This document shows, piece by piece, positions 18,426 to 26,949 of a stretch of 48,803 nt of DNA. Location: the IMG/VR virus record IMGVR_UViG_3300010370_000025, one strand, 5' to 3'. Origin of the DNA: a virus. Its lineage: Duplodnaviria > Heunggongvirae > Uroviricota > Caudoviricetes. Each line of letters starts with the position of its first letter. The stretch's first letter is position 1. The notes under the pieces are model-generated. The model did no database searches, had not been told where the DNA came from, and saw only the letters and a list, made by a program, of their open reading frames with translations. The position numbers and the translations under genes are program-made.

Positions 18426-18654
18426 TGTAAGTCGTGATGCTCTTAAGGCCTATATCGATCGTATCGAAAGGCTTGAAGAAGAGAAAAAAGGTGTTGCAAA
18501 CGATATCAAGGACATTTATACTGAAGCTAAAGCTACAGGATACGATACAAAGATTATTCGTAAGATTGTGTCTCTTCGCCGTAAGTCTAAGGAAGAGCGT
18601 CAAGAAGAAGAAGCACTTCTTGAATTGTATATGCAGACATTGGAGATGGAATAA
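18415..18654 (+). CDS. gapR: GapR / DUF2312 nucleoid-associated protein
   Basis: [47 protein letters not shown]...EEEALLELY is the GapR signature. Confidence 0.9.
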   Translation: MSTNVSRDALKAYIDRIERLEEEKKGVANDIKDIYTEAKATGYDTKIIRKIVSLRRKSKEERQEEEALLELYMQTLEME

Positions 18655-18896
18655 TGAATAATATTAAAACTATTGAAATGACTTATGAGCAGATTGACTC
18701 CATTGTAGTTCAAGAACTTAAGAGCTGGTATGAATCGCTTGTATGTGACTATAATAATAATGTAAAAGTTTACGATGACGTTGAAGACCTAATTAAGACC
18801 ATTAAAGCAGTAAAACGTACCCTATCATATTGTATGATTCATGAAGAATATAAACATTATATTAAGAATACTGTCAAGAGGAAGAAAAAGAAATGA
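18654..18896 (+). CDS. hypothetical protein
   Basis: Coupled ORF with SD GGAG. Confidence 0.55.
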   Translation: MNNIKTIEMTYEQIDSIVVQELKSWYESLVCDYNNNVKVYDDVEDLIKTIKAVKRTLSYCMIHEEYKHYIKNTVKRKKKK

Positions 18897-19102
18897 TTAT
18901 TGGCGAGAACGGACAGGTTACTTCTGGACATTCAGAAGAAGAAATTGCAGAGCGTCGTAAAGAGCGTAATTCATATTTGAGACAGCGTAGTGTTGATTAT
19001 GCATTAGATCATGTTAAGATTGCTTACGGTGTAAATCCGTGTACTATTGAAAACGTACTTGATACCGCAGAAAAGTTTTATCAGTTTCTTATAAAAGAAT
19101 AA
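18893..19102 (+). CDS. hypothetical protein
   Basis: ATGA-coupled ORF. Confidence 0.55.
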   Translation: MIIGENGQVTSGHSEEEIAERRKERNSYLRQRSVDYALDHVKIAYGVNPCTIENVLDTAEKFYQFLIKE

Positions 19103-19287
19103 TGGACAATCTAGCAGTATTTCTAGTACTATTGTTTATTATATCAGCTATTATAGCTGGATTTACCATTATAGCTCTTTTAATAAAAATTGCAATAAAT
19201 AACTATGCAGTAATACTAAAAATTAATTTGTATTTCTGGATTTTTCTTATTGCATTTTTTATAGTCCTGGCTATAATTAATAAATAG
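19102..19287 (+). CDS. small membrane protein (2 TM)
   Basis: Two hydrophobic stretches. TAATG coupling. Confidence 0.5.
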   Translation: MDNLAVFLVLLFIISAIIAGFTIIALLIKIAINNYAVILKINLYFWIFLIAFFIVLAIINK

Positions 19288-19293
19288 AATAAC

Positions 19294-19370
19294 GCCCCCA
19301 TAAACCAACAGGTAGAGTTAGGAGACTTAAAATCTCTGTAGTGTCAGTTCGAATCTGACTGGGGGCACCA
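19294..19370 (+). tRNA. tRNA-Leu(TAA), short variable loop
   Basis: Acceptor GCCCCCA/TGGGGGC, anticodon arm GGAGA-CTTAAAA-TCTCT, TTCGAAT T-loop, encoded CCA. Confidence 0.85.
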
Positions 19371-19392
19371 TTTACTATGATAGGAGTTACAA

Positions 19393-19485
19393 ATGCCTCA
19401 TCCGCACAAGAATCGCCCTAGCAAGGGTCGTCGTAAGATTGGATCTAAAAGGCGTAAGGCAAGGGCTAAGAATCGTAAAAATTAA
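19393..19485 (+). CDS. 30-aa highly basic micro-protein
   Basis: SD AGGAG, then MPHPHKNRPSKGRRKIGSKRRKARAKNRKN. Fills the gap between two tRNAs. Confidence 0.6.
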   Translation: MPHPHKNRPSKGRRKIGSKRRKARAKNRKN

Positions 19486-19491
19486 AGTTAC

Positions 19492-19567
19492 GGGCCTGTA
19501 GCTCAATGGTTAGAGCCAGCCGCTCATAACGGCTTGGTTGCAGGTTCGAGTCCTGCCGGGCCCACCA
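19492..19567 (+). tRNA. tRNA-Ile2(CAT)
   Basis: GGGCCTG/CGGGCCC acceptor, AGCCG-CTCATAA-CGGCT, CCA. Body resembles ileX-type tRNAs and has no initiator features. Confidence 0.8.
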
Positions 19568-19582
19568 TTTTAAAGGTATATT

Positions 19583-20371
19583 ATGACTATTTTTGTAATT
19601 TCTGGCTTTGGGTATGTTGGTCAGGCTACTAATAAAACTTTGCTTCATGCAGGTATCAGTGCTGATAACATCTTTATTAATGACCCCCCTAAGAACTTAA
19701 TTGTAGATAAAGATGTATGGAGTAAGGCAGGGTGGCATCTAGTGTGTGTGCCTACTCCTTCTTCTGATCAGTCTTCTGTTTCTCAGTATGATAGTTCGAT
19801 AGTTGATAGCGCAATAGATCTAGCTCGATCTAACTGGTTTAGGGGTGATACAGTTATTCGAAGCACACTTGAACCGCAAACAATTCAAAATTATTTAGAT
19901 AAAGATCCTTTCATCACTGTATGGCCAGAACTTCTTCGTAAAGCTTCATGGGAAGAAGATGCTGTTAATCCTGTTTTTAGTATTGCAGGAGGAGCAAATT
20001 CTATTAATTTAAATCTTGAGTTTAACGATAAGTTTAAAATTAAAAACGTTCTTTTCAGCCCTGTTGAAGCATGTATTGTTAAACTTGCTATCAATTCTTT
20101 GCTTGCCGCTAGAACTATTCAAGCCTACAATCTTAAAAAGTATGTGGATGCTCTTGGATGTGACTACAACAATGTAGCTGATATGCTTTCTAAGGAACCT
20201 AGACTAGGTTACAGTCATTGGATGCAGCCTGGGCCTGATGGAGAGTATGGTTATGGTGGGTCTTGTTTTCCAAAAGATACATCTGCAATGGCACAATCGA
20301 TGATTAACGCAGATGTCCATAATAGTTATGCAGAGTGGGCTCATATCGTTAATAAATTAGTAAGAGGTTAA
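19583..20371 (+). CDS. UDP-glucose/GDP-mannose dehydrogenase family protein, lacking C-terminal domain
   Basis: GFGYVG Rossmann motif, CVPTP, IRST, catalytic GYGGSCFPKD. Confidence 0.8.
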   Translation: MTIFVISGFGYVGQATNKTLLHAGISADNIFINDPPKNLIVDKDVWSKAGWHLVCVPTPSSDQSSVSQYDSSIVDSAIDLARSNWFRGDTVIRSTLEPQTIQNYLDKDPFITVWPELLRKASWEEDAVNPVFSIAGGANSINLNLEFNDKFKIKNVLFSPVEACIVKLAINSLLAARTIQAYNLKKYVDALGCDYNNVADMLSKEPRLGYSHWMQPGPDGEYGYGGSCFPKDTSAMAQSMINADVHNSYAEWAHIVNKLVRG

Positions 20372-20374
20372 CAT

Positions 20375-20563
20375 ATGCGTAATTCTCTCTATAAAGTGCA
20401 AGTTATGAGAGGAAGAAAACTAGTCGAGCGTAACTGCTTTGATAAAGAAAAAGACGCAGAAAGACACTTTGCTTTTCTAGAACATAGATATTTCATTGAA
20501 AAAGAAGATTTTAACGTAAAGATTTCAATGGTTTATAACAAACAATATTTGAAAATAATTTAA
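20375..20563 (+). CDS. hypothetical protein
   Basis: SD GAGG, 62 aa. Confidence 0.5.
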   Translation: MRNSLYKVQVMRGRKLVERNCFDKEKDAERHFAFLEHRYFIEKEDFNVKISMVYNKQYLKII

Positions 20564-20570
20564 AAAAACA

Positions 20571-20599
20571 GTTGATTTTTTATTCGAGATAGCCTATAT
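20571..20599 (+). promoter_or_regulatory. early promoter
   Basis: AAAAAAACA-GTTGAT-N17-CTATAT. Confidence 0.7.
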
Positions 20600-20628
20600 T
20601 AATAATATAAGGGAATATGGAGAGTGAA

Positions 20629-20826
20629 ATGTCAGTATATCCAGGCCAGTATAAGTATGTTGTTGAGTTTGAAAAGTACTTTAACAAGGGTAACCTTAAA
20701 GGTCTAACTATCAAAGACCGTTTGCATTTCGTCTCTGAGAGTGATGCAAAAGACTGGATCAAGGCAGTATCTCGACTTAATCGAGATGGAATGTTTTTTA
20801 ACTTCGAGGTTAAGTCAGTAGCGTAA
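20629..20826 (+). CDS. hypothetical protein
   Basis: SD GGAG before ATG 20629. Lies between a promoter and a terminator. Confidence 0.65.
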   Translation: MSVYPGQYKYVVEFEKYFNKGNLKGLTIKDRLHFVSESDAKDWIKAVSRLNRDGMFFNFEVKSVA

Positions 20827-20829
20827 TTA

Positions 20830-20858
20830 GAACCCCGGTTTCCCCGGGGTTCTTTTTT
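20830..20858 (+). terminator. intrinsic terminator between convergent genes
   Basis: GAACCCCGG-TTTCC-CCGGGGTTC-TTTTTT. Confidence 0.85.
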
Positions 20859-20859
20859 A

Positions 20860-21177
20860 TTACTTGCTCATATAAGCATTTGCACCAAAGAAGGTAGCTA
20901 CTACACCTGCTTGTGCAATATAGAACATGCTTAGAAGATTATCTAAAGCAGCTAATCTTTCTACAGACACGAATGATGTGAAAGCTACAGCAGTAAATAC
21001 TACCATGCTTCCCATAGCAACCCATGCCATCATTCTTAGCTGATCTTCTTTCTTATCTTTATTCTCTATATCAATTAGAGCTTGAGCCTTTGTCAATTCA
21101 TCATCAGAAACTATTCCATCACCATCACTATCAAACTGGTTATATCTAGAACCCTTTTCTAATGTTTTTGGTGACAT
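20860..21177 (-). CDS. EF-hand-containing 2-TM holin-like protein
   Basis: Canonical EF loop DSDGDGIVSDDE followed by two TM helices. Confidence 0.6.
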   Translation of the reverse strand: MSPKTLEKGSRYNQFDSDGDGIVSDDELTKAQALIDIENKDKKEDQLRMMAWVAMGSMVVFTAVAFTSFVSVERLAALDNLLSMFYIAQAGVVATFFGANAYMSK

Positions 21178-21467
21178 TATTGAGCATCCTTACCAGTTGT
21201 ATCGCTATTACCATAAAAGAATCCTATGATAGTAGCAACTGCAGTACCTAGCAAGAATCCTAAAATAATATTAGCAAAATCGCGTCCACCTTCAGGAAGA
21301 GGTAGGAATGTTACGCAAAAGAAGTAGATTGTTGAACTGATAGCCCAGAACCAGCTGTACCAGTACACAAAGTTGATTGCAAAAGTATTACCAGCTTTAA
21401 CCTGATCAGCATGAAGAGCTCTAGCTTCTGCTACATCTTTTGCGGCATTTTCGTCAAGTTTAACCAT
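21177..21467 (-). CDS. holin-like 2-TM membrane protein
   Basis: Two TM helices, NIILGFLLGTAVATIIGFFYGNS. Confidence 0.55.
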   Translation of the reverse strand: MVKLDENAAKDVAEARALHADQVKAGNTFAINFVYWYSWFWAISSTIYFFCVTFLPLPEGGRDFANIILGFLLGTAVATIIGFFYGNSDTTGKDAQ

Positions 21468-21557
21468 ATTGTTTCCTTTCTTACATATTCACCTCATCAT
21501 TTTGTAAATTTCCAGTAGTTATTATGATAAATAATAATGTAATCACTGGAGATATTT

Positions 21558-22004
21558 ATGTTTAGACTGTTTTTGTTAGCTGGAATTGTGTGTTTAACAT
21601 CATTCCAAGCTCACGCTTCAGAATTAGTGCATGAGTTTAGCAGCCCTTCCTTTTCAGGTCAGGGGTGGTCTCAACATGTTCTTACAATTGAGAACATAGA
21701 AAATACCCGCAGATTAAAGCTAGCGGAAGATAAAAAAGCAGCAGCAGCTCAAGCGGCAGCTGATGCTAAGAATACTAACTTAGCTAAGTTTTTAAACAAC
21801 TTAGAATCAAGAATTTATGCTACTCTTTCTCAAAAAATTGCTGAAGAGCTTTTTAAGGAAGGAGGAGCATCTAGTGGTGAATTTGACGTAGCTGGTAATC
21901 ATATTGAGTGGTCGTCTTTAGGAAACGAAATAACATTAAGAATTACAGATCCAGGTGGTGTAGTGACTGAGATAGTAGTTCCTGTAGGAAGTTTAGCATG
22001 GTAA
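21558..22004 (+). CDS. csgF: curli assembly component CsgF
   Basis: Signal peptide, then ELVHEFSSPSFSG (CsgF N-terminal FxNPxFxG-like) and FLNNLESRIY..LS. Adjacent to csgG. Confidence 0.8.
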   Translation: MFRLFLLAGIVCLTSFQAHASELVHEFSSPSFSGQGWSQHVLTIENIENTRRLKLAEDKKAAAAQAAADAKNTNLAKFLNNLESRIYATLSQKIAEELFKEGGASSGEFDVAGNHIEWSSLGNEITLRITDPGGVVTEIVVPVGSLAW

Positions 22005-22849
22005 AATATATTACAATAGCTCTACTAGGATTAGTTTTAGCAGGGTGTACAGCAACTAATAAAGAATTTGGAAAGCCGGTCTCAGAACCAGCAGAAAAAA
22101 TGCTTCCAGTTGCTACTAAAAAAAGATATAATGAATTAATCTATTTAAAAGAACCAGCAGGGCCACCTGTTCCTATAGCTGTATATAAATTTTCCGATCT
22201 TACAGGTCAGAGAAAATCAGCAGAATATGCTAGTTTAAGTACAGCGGTTACTCAAGGATCAGAAGTATTTTTAATTAAAGCTTTACAAGATGCTGGTGGT
22301 GGCAAATGGTTTAAAGTAGTTGAAAGAGTTGGTATCGATAACTTAGTTAAAGAGAGACAACTAATAAGAAGCCAGCGAGAGACCTACGAAGGAGAAGATG
22401 CGCAAAAGCTTCCTCCTTTAGTAGTAGCTGGTGTAATGATTGAGGGCGGTATAGTCGGTTATGATAGTAATATCACAACTGGGGGTATAGGTGCTAGAGT
22501 TTTAGGTATTGGCGCCGACAAGATGTATAGAAGAGATGAGGTCACAGTTATATTAAGACTGATTTCTATTAGTACAGGCGAAGTATTACTTTCATCAGGT
22601 GTAACTAAATCAGTAGTTAGCACATCCGCAGATGGAAACATGTTAAAGTTTGTTGATCAAGGCACTGTGTCAGTAGAATTTGAAGCAGGTTATAGCATCA
22701 ATGAACCTACTACATATGCAGTTCGTATTGCAATTGAACAAGCAGTTGCAGAGATGGTTAAAGATGGTGTAAAGAGAGATCTATGGCAGTATAAAGAAAA
22801 ATCAACTGTGAGCCCCTCAACTCTTCCTAATGTAAAAAAGGTAAATTAA
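21998..22849 (+). CDS. csgG: curli secretion pore lipoprotein CsgG
   Basis: Lipobox LAGC, AVYKFSDLTGQRK, STAVTQG, FKVVER, IEGGIVGYDSN, YRRDEVTVILRLIS. Confidence 0.9.
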   Translation: MVKYITIALLGLVLAGCTATNKEFGKPVSEPAEKMLPVATKKRYNELIYLKEPAGPPVPIAVYKFSDLTGQRKSAEYASLSTAVTQGSEVFLIKALQDAGGGKWFKVVERVGIDNLVKERQLIRSQRETYEGEDAQKLPPLVVAGVMIEGGIVGYDSNITTGGIGARVLGIGADKMYRRDEVTVILRLISISTGEVLLSSGVTKSVVSTSADGNMLKFVDQGTVSVEFEAGYSINEPTTYAVRIAIEQAVAEMVKDGVKRDLWQYKEKSTVSPSTLPNVKKVN

Positions 22850-22859
22850 CGAGGGAAAA

Positions 22860-23534
22860 ATGAAACTCCTAGCAAGACTGGCAACCTTTTTGTCATTCTT
22901 GATTATGGTAAACGTTGCTAATGCAGCAGGAAATAGTATCTATATAGACCAAATTGGCGACACTTCAACTATTTCTATTACTCAGACAGGTAACAGCAAC
23001 GAAATTGGAAGTGCAAATAGTAGAGCCATCATAGATGGTAATAGTAATTTAATAACAATAGATCAAATTGGTAACTCAAATATTCTTGATATGAATATTG
23101 AAGGTGATGGTAATGAAGTAACTCAAACAATTACTGGAGACAGTAACGACTTGAGCTTACTCTGCGCTACTTGTTCCATGGTAGTCATAACTGATACCAT
23201 TACAGGAAGCGGTAACGAGTTATCAAGAATAATTGACTCTGCTAGTGGAACATCAACTGTTGATATCCAGTCAGATAACAATACAGTAAGTATTAACAAT
23301 GATTCTTCAGCTATTTCTGGAGCATCAAGTGACATTTCTATTTCCGGTGGTAATGGAAATAACATTACGTTAAATCAAACTGGGGCAGCAGGACCTAATG
23401 GTCATAACGTTATTCTTAATGTAGTAGGTGCTACAAATACTGCTGTTATTGAACAGGGGGGAAATGTAGACAGCTATGTTAATGCGACTATTACTGGTTC
23501 TGATAACAATATTAATATCAACAGTAACTACTAA
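22860..23534 (+). CDS. curlin-like repeat protein (CsgA/CsgB-like)
   Basis: Signal peptide plus repeated x-I-x-Q/I-x-G-x-x-N beta-arc units (IDQIGDTS, ITQTGNSN, IDQIGNSN, IEGDGN, ITGDSN, IEQGGN, ITGSDN). Confidence 0.75.
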   Translation: MKLLARLATFLSFLIMVNVANAAGNSIYIDQIGDTSTISITQTGNSNEIGSANSRAIIDGNSNLITIDQIGNSNILDMNIEGDGNEVTQTITGDSNDLSLLCATCSMVVITDTITGSGNELSRIIDSASGTSTVDIQSDNNTVSINNDSSAISGASSDISISGGNGNNITLNQTGAAGPNGHNVILNVVGATNTAVIEQGGNVDSYVNATITGSDNNININSNY

Positions 23535-24570
23535 CGCTTCATCTGTAGGAACAATAACAGAACAATCTGGTCCTACAGAGATTAAAAGAAATAAAGAAGT
23601 AGTTCCTTCAGCTATTAATTCAGCAGTAGAGATGGATGACACCATCACTACTGCTAATGCTGTTGCTGGAATTACATTTGAAGATCAGACACAAGTGCAT
23701 ATAACTGAGCAATCTAAACTAGTTATTGATACGTTTGTTTATGATCCTAATAAAAATACTGGTAAATTAGCTATTAAGATCGCTTTAGGTACTGTAAAGT
23801 ATACTTCCGGACAAATAGCTAAACATAACCCGCAACAAGTAGCAGTTGAAACACCTACTGCTACTATTGGTGTAAGAGGAACTGATTTTTCTTCTACTGT
23901 TGACGAATTAGGAAGATCAACTATCGTTCTTCTTCCTTCTTGTCCTGCAGGTTGGAAAAATTTAGACAAAGACTGTACTGTAGGGAGTATTGTAGTATCT
24001 ACAGATGCTGGAGAAATTTGGCTTACTAAACCATTTGAGTCCACTTCGGTAGAATCGAGAGAAGCTAATCCTAGCAAATCTGCAATTCTTGATTTGAGTT
24101 TAAATCAAATTAACAATATGTTAATTGTATCACCTCCTAAAGGTTTGAAAAAAGTAGAAGTTACTAAGGAAGATTCAAAGACTGCTTTAGATACAGATCT
24201 TCTGTCAATAGATTTTTTAGAGTATAAAGAATTAGAAACTGACTATTTAGTAACCGATAGATTAAGTATTAATTTTCTTGACGTTAATGTATTTGAAGAT
24301 GCATTATCTATTCAAACCAGTCAATTTCTTCAAAGTGAATTAGTAGAATATAATTCACTTTTACCTAAATATGATAAGAATACTGGTCTAAATTATATTG
24401 TTGAAAATGATAGCGTAATGTTGTACAGACAAAATGTAAATCATTATGCAGAAATAAATGTTTCTACTACTTCAAGTTTAACATATGAATTGACTCAAGA
24501 TAATATTAATATAAAACAAATAATAAACAGCCCTGGTACAACTACAATATACATTAACCAATCATTATAG
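23476..24570 (+). CDS. periplasmic FecR-domain protein
   Basis: Signal peptide. D.I.T....GITFED.TQV.I...SKL and VETPTATIGVRGTDF are typical of FecR. Confidence 0.8.
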   Translation: MLMRLLLVLITILISTVTTNASSVGTITEQSGPTEIKRNKEVVPSAINSAVEMDDTITTANAVAGITFEDQTQVHITEQSKLVIDTFVYDPNKNTGKLAIKIALGTVKYTSGQIAKHNPQQVAVETPTATIGVRGTDFSSTVDELGRSTIVLLPSCPAGWKNLDKDCTVGSIVVSTDAGEIWLTKPFESTSVESREANPSKSAILDLSLNQINNMLIVSPPKGLKKVEVTKEDSKTALDTDLLSIDFLEYKELETDYLVTDRLSINFLDVNVFEDALSIQTSQFLQSELVEYNSLLPKYDKNTGLNYIVENDSVMLYRQNVNHYAEINVSTTSSLTYELTQDNINIKQIINSPGTTTIYINQSL

Positions 24571-24577
24571 GTCTAAA

Positions 24578-24916
24578 ATGTTCAAGTATATTATAGCATT
24601 ATTGCTTTTATCAACACCTTGCTATGCTGGAAGTGCAATTTTAGATGTATCCGGATATAATAATGTTATGTCTTTTACGCAGTTAGGAAACAGTAACTTA
24701 AATTTTACTGCTAACAATTCTACTAATAACAATAATACATATACAGTAGTACAATCCGGAGGTAATCACTATCTAGATTTTGATTTAAATGGTGAATTTA
24801 AAGACTATGAAATTTCTATATTTCAAGTAAGTCCTCTTGATCAATTCCTATCTGTATCACAAACCTGCACCCTTTCATCTTGCTCTCCTGAGCCTTTCTC
24901 GGTTTATCAGTATTAA
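24578..24916 (+). CDS. short curlin-like secreted protein
   Basis: Signal peptide, SGYNNVMSFTQLGNSN, TYTVVQSGGNH. Confidence 0.55.
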   Translation: MFKYIIALLLLSTPCYAGSAILDVSGYNNVMSFTQLGNSNLNFTANNSTNNNNTYTVVQSGGNHYLDFDLNGEFKDYEISIFQVSPLDQFLSVSQTCTLSSCSPEPFSVYQY

Positions 24917-24918
24917 TC

Positions 24919-26949
24919 ATGAAAAATTTTATAATAGCAGTCGCACTTTTATTATCTCTAATAACTGTTAAAGTTTGGAATCCATACCCTCTACAAGTAT
25001 TAGAGCTAAAGTTTATAGATTTTATTTTAAACACAAAAGAAAAACAAGAAGTAACTGAAATTGTTGTAGTTGAAATTTCAGATAAAACTTTAGATAAACT
25101 AGGTCAATGGCCTCTTCCTAGACAAGAACTAGCTAGATTTGTAGAGCTGTTAAGATACTGGCAAGCAGGCGCTATAGTATTCCCAGTTTTATTTTCTGAA
25201 CCAGATAGATCAGGAGGCGATAAAGAGTTTGCTGATAAATTAGCTTCAGGGGGTACAGTAATAGCTCAAGTCCCTTCTAATAAAGCAGATAAACCAGACG
25301 CAGTTAGAAGAGGCTTTTCAGCTGTAGGACAAGACCCTCTTCCTTGGGCATATATGTGGCCTGGTGCTGTTAGTCCACTACCTATATTAGCTAATAAAGC
25401 TTCTGGTGTAGGTGTCATAGCTTCTACACCAGAAGTTGATGGTGTTGTTCGTAGAATGCCTATGGTTGTTAATATAGATGGTAAATTATATCCTTCTTTA
25501 CCTTTAGAAATTATAAGAGTATTAACTAATGACCCGTCGTTCCAAATTAAAACTGGAGAGTCTGGTATTGAAGCTGTACGTATCCCACAGTTTAATACAA
25601 TTACTACTGATGCTAACGGTCGCGTCTGGATTGACTCTTCTACTGTTTTTAAACATATAGATTTTTTAGATGTTAAACAAGAAGATGTGCAAGACAAACT
25701 AGTTATTGTAGGTGTATCTGCTTCAGGGGTTGCGTCAGTGTTAGCTACTCCTAATGGTGAAAAATTCTCTCATGAAGTTCAAGCACAAACACTTTATACT
25801 ATATTCTCAGGATCTTCACCTATTCGTTATTCATTTGCTAATATGATAGAAATAGCTTCTCTATTAGTAATTGGTTTAATAATAATTCTAACTGTTCCTA
25901 AGCTTCCAGTTAAATTAACAGTACCTGTGTTTGTTGCTTTAGTAGGCGGAATAAGTTATGCACCATTTTATATTTTTGATATAAGAAACGAGCTATGGGA
26001 TAGTTCATTTATAGTAATATCATCAACTCTTATATATGGACTAATAATATCAAATAGCCTTGTTAGAGAATACCTACAGAAGCTTCAAATTAAGAAACAA
26101 TTTGGTACATATCTATCTCCTGACATGGTAGAGAAGCTACAGAAGAACCCTGATTTGCTTAAGCTTGGAGGGGAGTCAAGAGAGCTTTCTATTATGTTTA
26201 CTGACGTTAGAGGGTTTACAGCAATATCAGAACACTACGGTAAAGATGTACAAGGTCTTACTAAGATAATGAATAGATATATGACTGCAATGACTCAATC
26301 TATTCTAGAAGAAAAAGGAACGCTGGACAAATATATTGGTGATGCCCAGATGGCTTTTTGGAATGCACCTCTTGATGATCCGGATCATGCTAAACATGCA
26401 GTTACCGCTGCAGTTAAAATGCTGGATAAGTTAGATGAATTTAATAAAGAGGTTGCTCAAGAAGGTGTTCCGCCCTTTGGTATGGGTCTCGGAATTAATA
26501 CAGGAACCGTCGTTGTTGGTAATATGGGTTCTTCTCAGCGTTTTGATTATACATGTTTGGGCGATAGTGTTAACCTCGCATCCAGACTGGAAGGACAATC
26601 TAAAAACTATGGTGTACAGATCATACTTGGACCTGATACAGCTGAACAAGTAAGAAAACATTATAGAGTTATTGAGTTAGATTGTATTGCAGTTAAAGGT
26701 AAAAAAGAAGGCGTTAAAATCTTTACAATTATTAACTCTGTTGATTGGGCTAATAGTCACCTAGTAATACATAAAAGATTTTTAGAAAATTATTATAAAG
26801 GTAACTGGGCTGCTGCTCGTAAAGATATAGCCGATTTAAAACTTTGTTTCAATAAAAAACTCGAGCACTATTATGACATGATGCTCGAGCGAATTGAATC
26901 TAATCCTCCAAAAGATTTTGATGGAGTTTATAGAGCTACATCAAAGTAA
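24919..26949 (+). CDS. CHASE2-domain class III adenylate cyclase
   Basis: N-terminal TM, CHASE2 (GQWPLPR, DGVVRRMP), 3 TM, IMFTDVRGFT, DKYIGDA (Lys), FDYT (Asp), NLASRLEG. Lys/Asp pair indicates ATP specificity. Confidence 0.9.
   Translation: MKNFIIAVALLLSLITVKVWNPYPLQVLELKFIDFILNTKEKQEVTEIVVVEISDKTLDKLGQWPLPRQELARFVELLRYWQAGAIVFPVLFSEPDRSGGDKEFADKLASGGTVIAQVPSNKADKPDAVRRGFSAVGQDPLPWAYMWPGAVSPLPILANKASGVGVIASTPEVDGVVRRMPMVVNIDGKLYPSLPLEIIRVLTNDPSFQIKTGESGIEAVRIPQFNTITTDANGRVWIDSSTVFKHIDFLDVKQEDVQDKLVIVGVSASGVASVLATPNGEKFSHEVQAQTLYTIFSGSSPIRYSFANMIEIASLLVIGLIIILTVPKLPVKLTVPVFVALVGGISYAPFYIFDIRNELWDSSFIVISSTLIYGLIISNSLVREYLQKLQIKKQFGTYLSPDMVEKLQKNPDLLKLGGESRELSIMFTDVRGFTAISEHYGKDVQGLTKIMNRYMTAMTQSILEEKGTLDKYIGDAQMAFWNAPLDDPDHAKHAVTAAVKMLDKLDEFNKEVAQEGVPPFGMGLGINTGTVVVGNMGSSQRFDYTCLGDSVNLASRLEGQSKNYGVQIILGPDTAEQVRKHYRVIELDCIAVKGKKEGVKIFTIINSVDWANSHLVIHKRFLENYYKGNWAAARKDIADLKLCFNKKLEHYYDMMLERIESNPPKDFDGVYRATSK

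Noticed and set aside
19393-19485. Ribosomal protein bS22, bTHX or bL34
   Set aside because: It is basic like them, but I cannot align their conserved motifs to it.
19492-19567. tRNA-Met (initiator or elongator)
   Set aside because: No C1:A72 mismatch and no triple G:C anticodon stem. The body resembles lysidine-type tRNA-Ile2.
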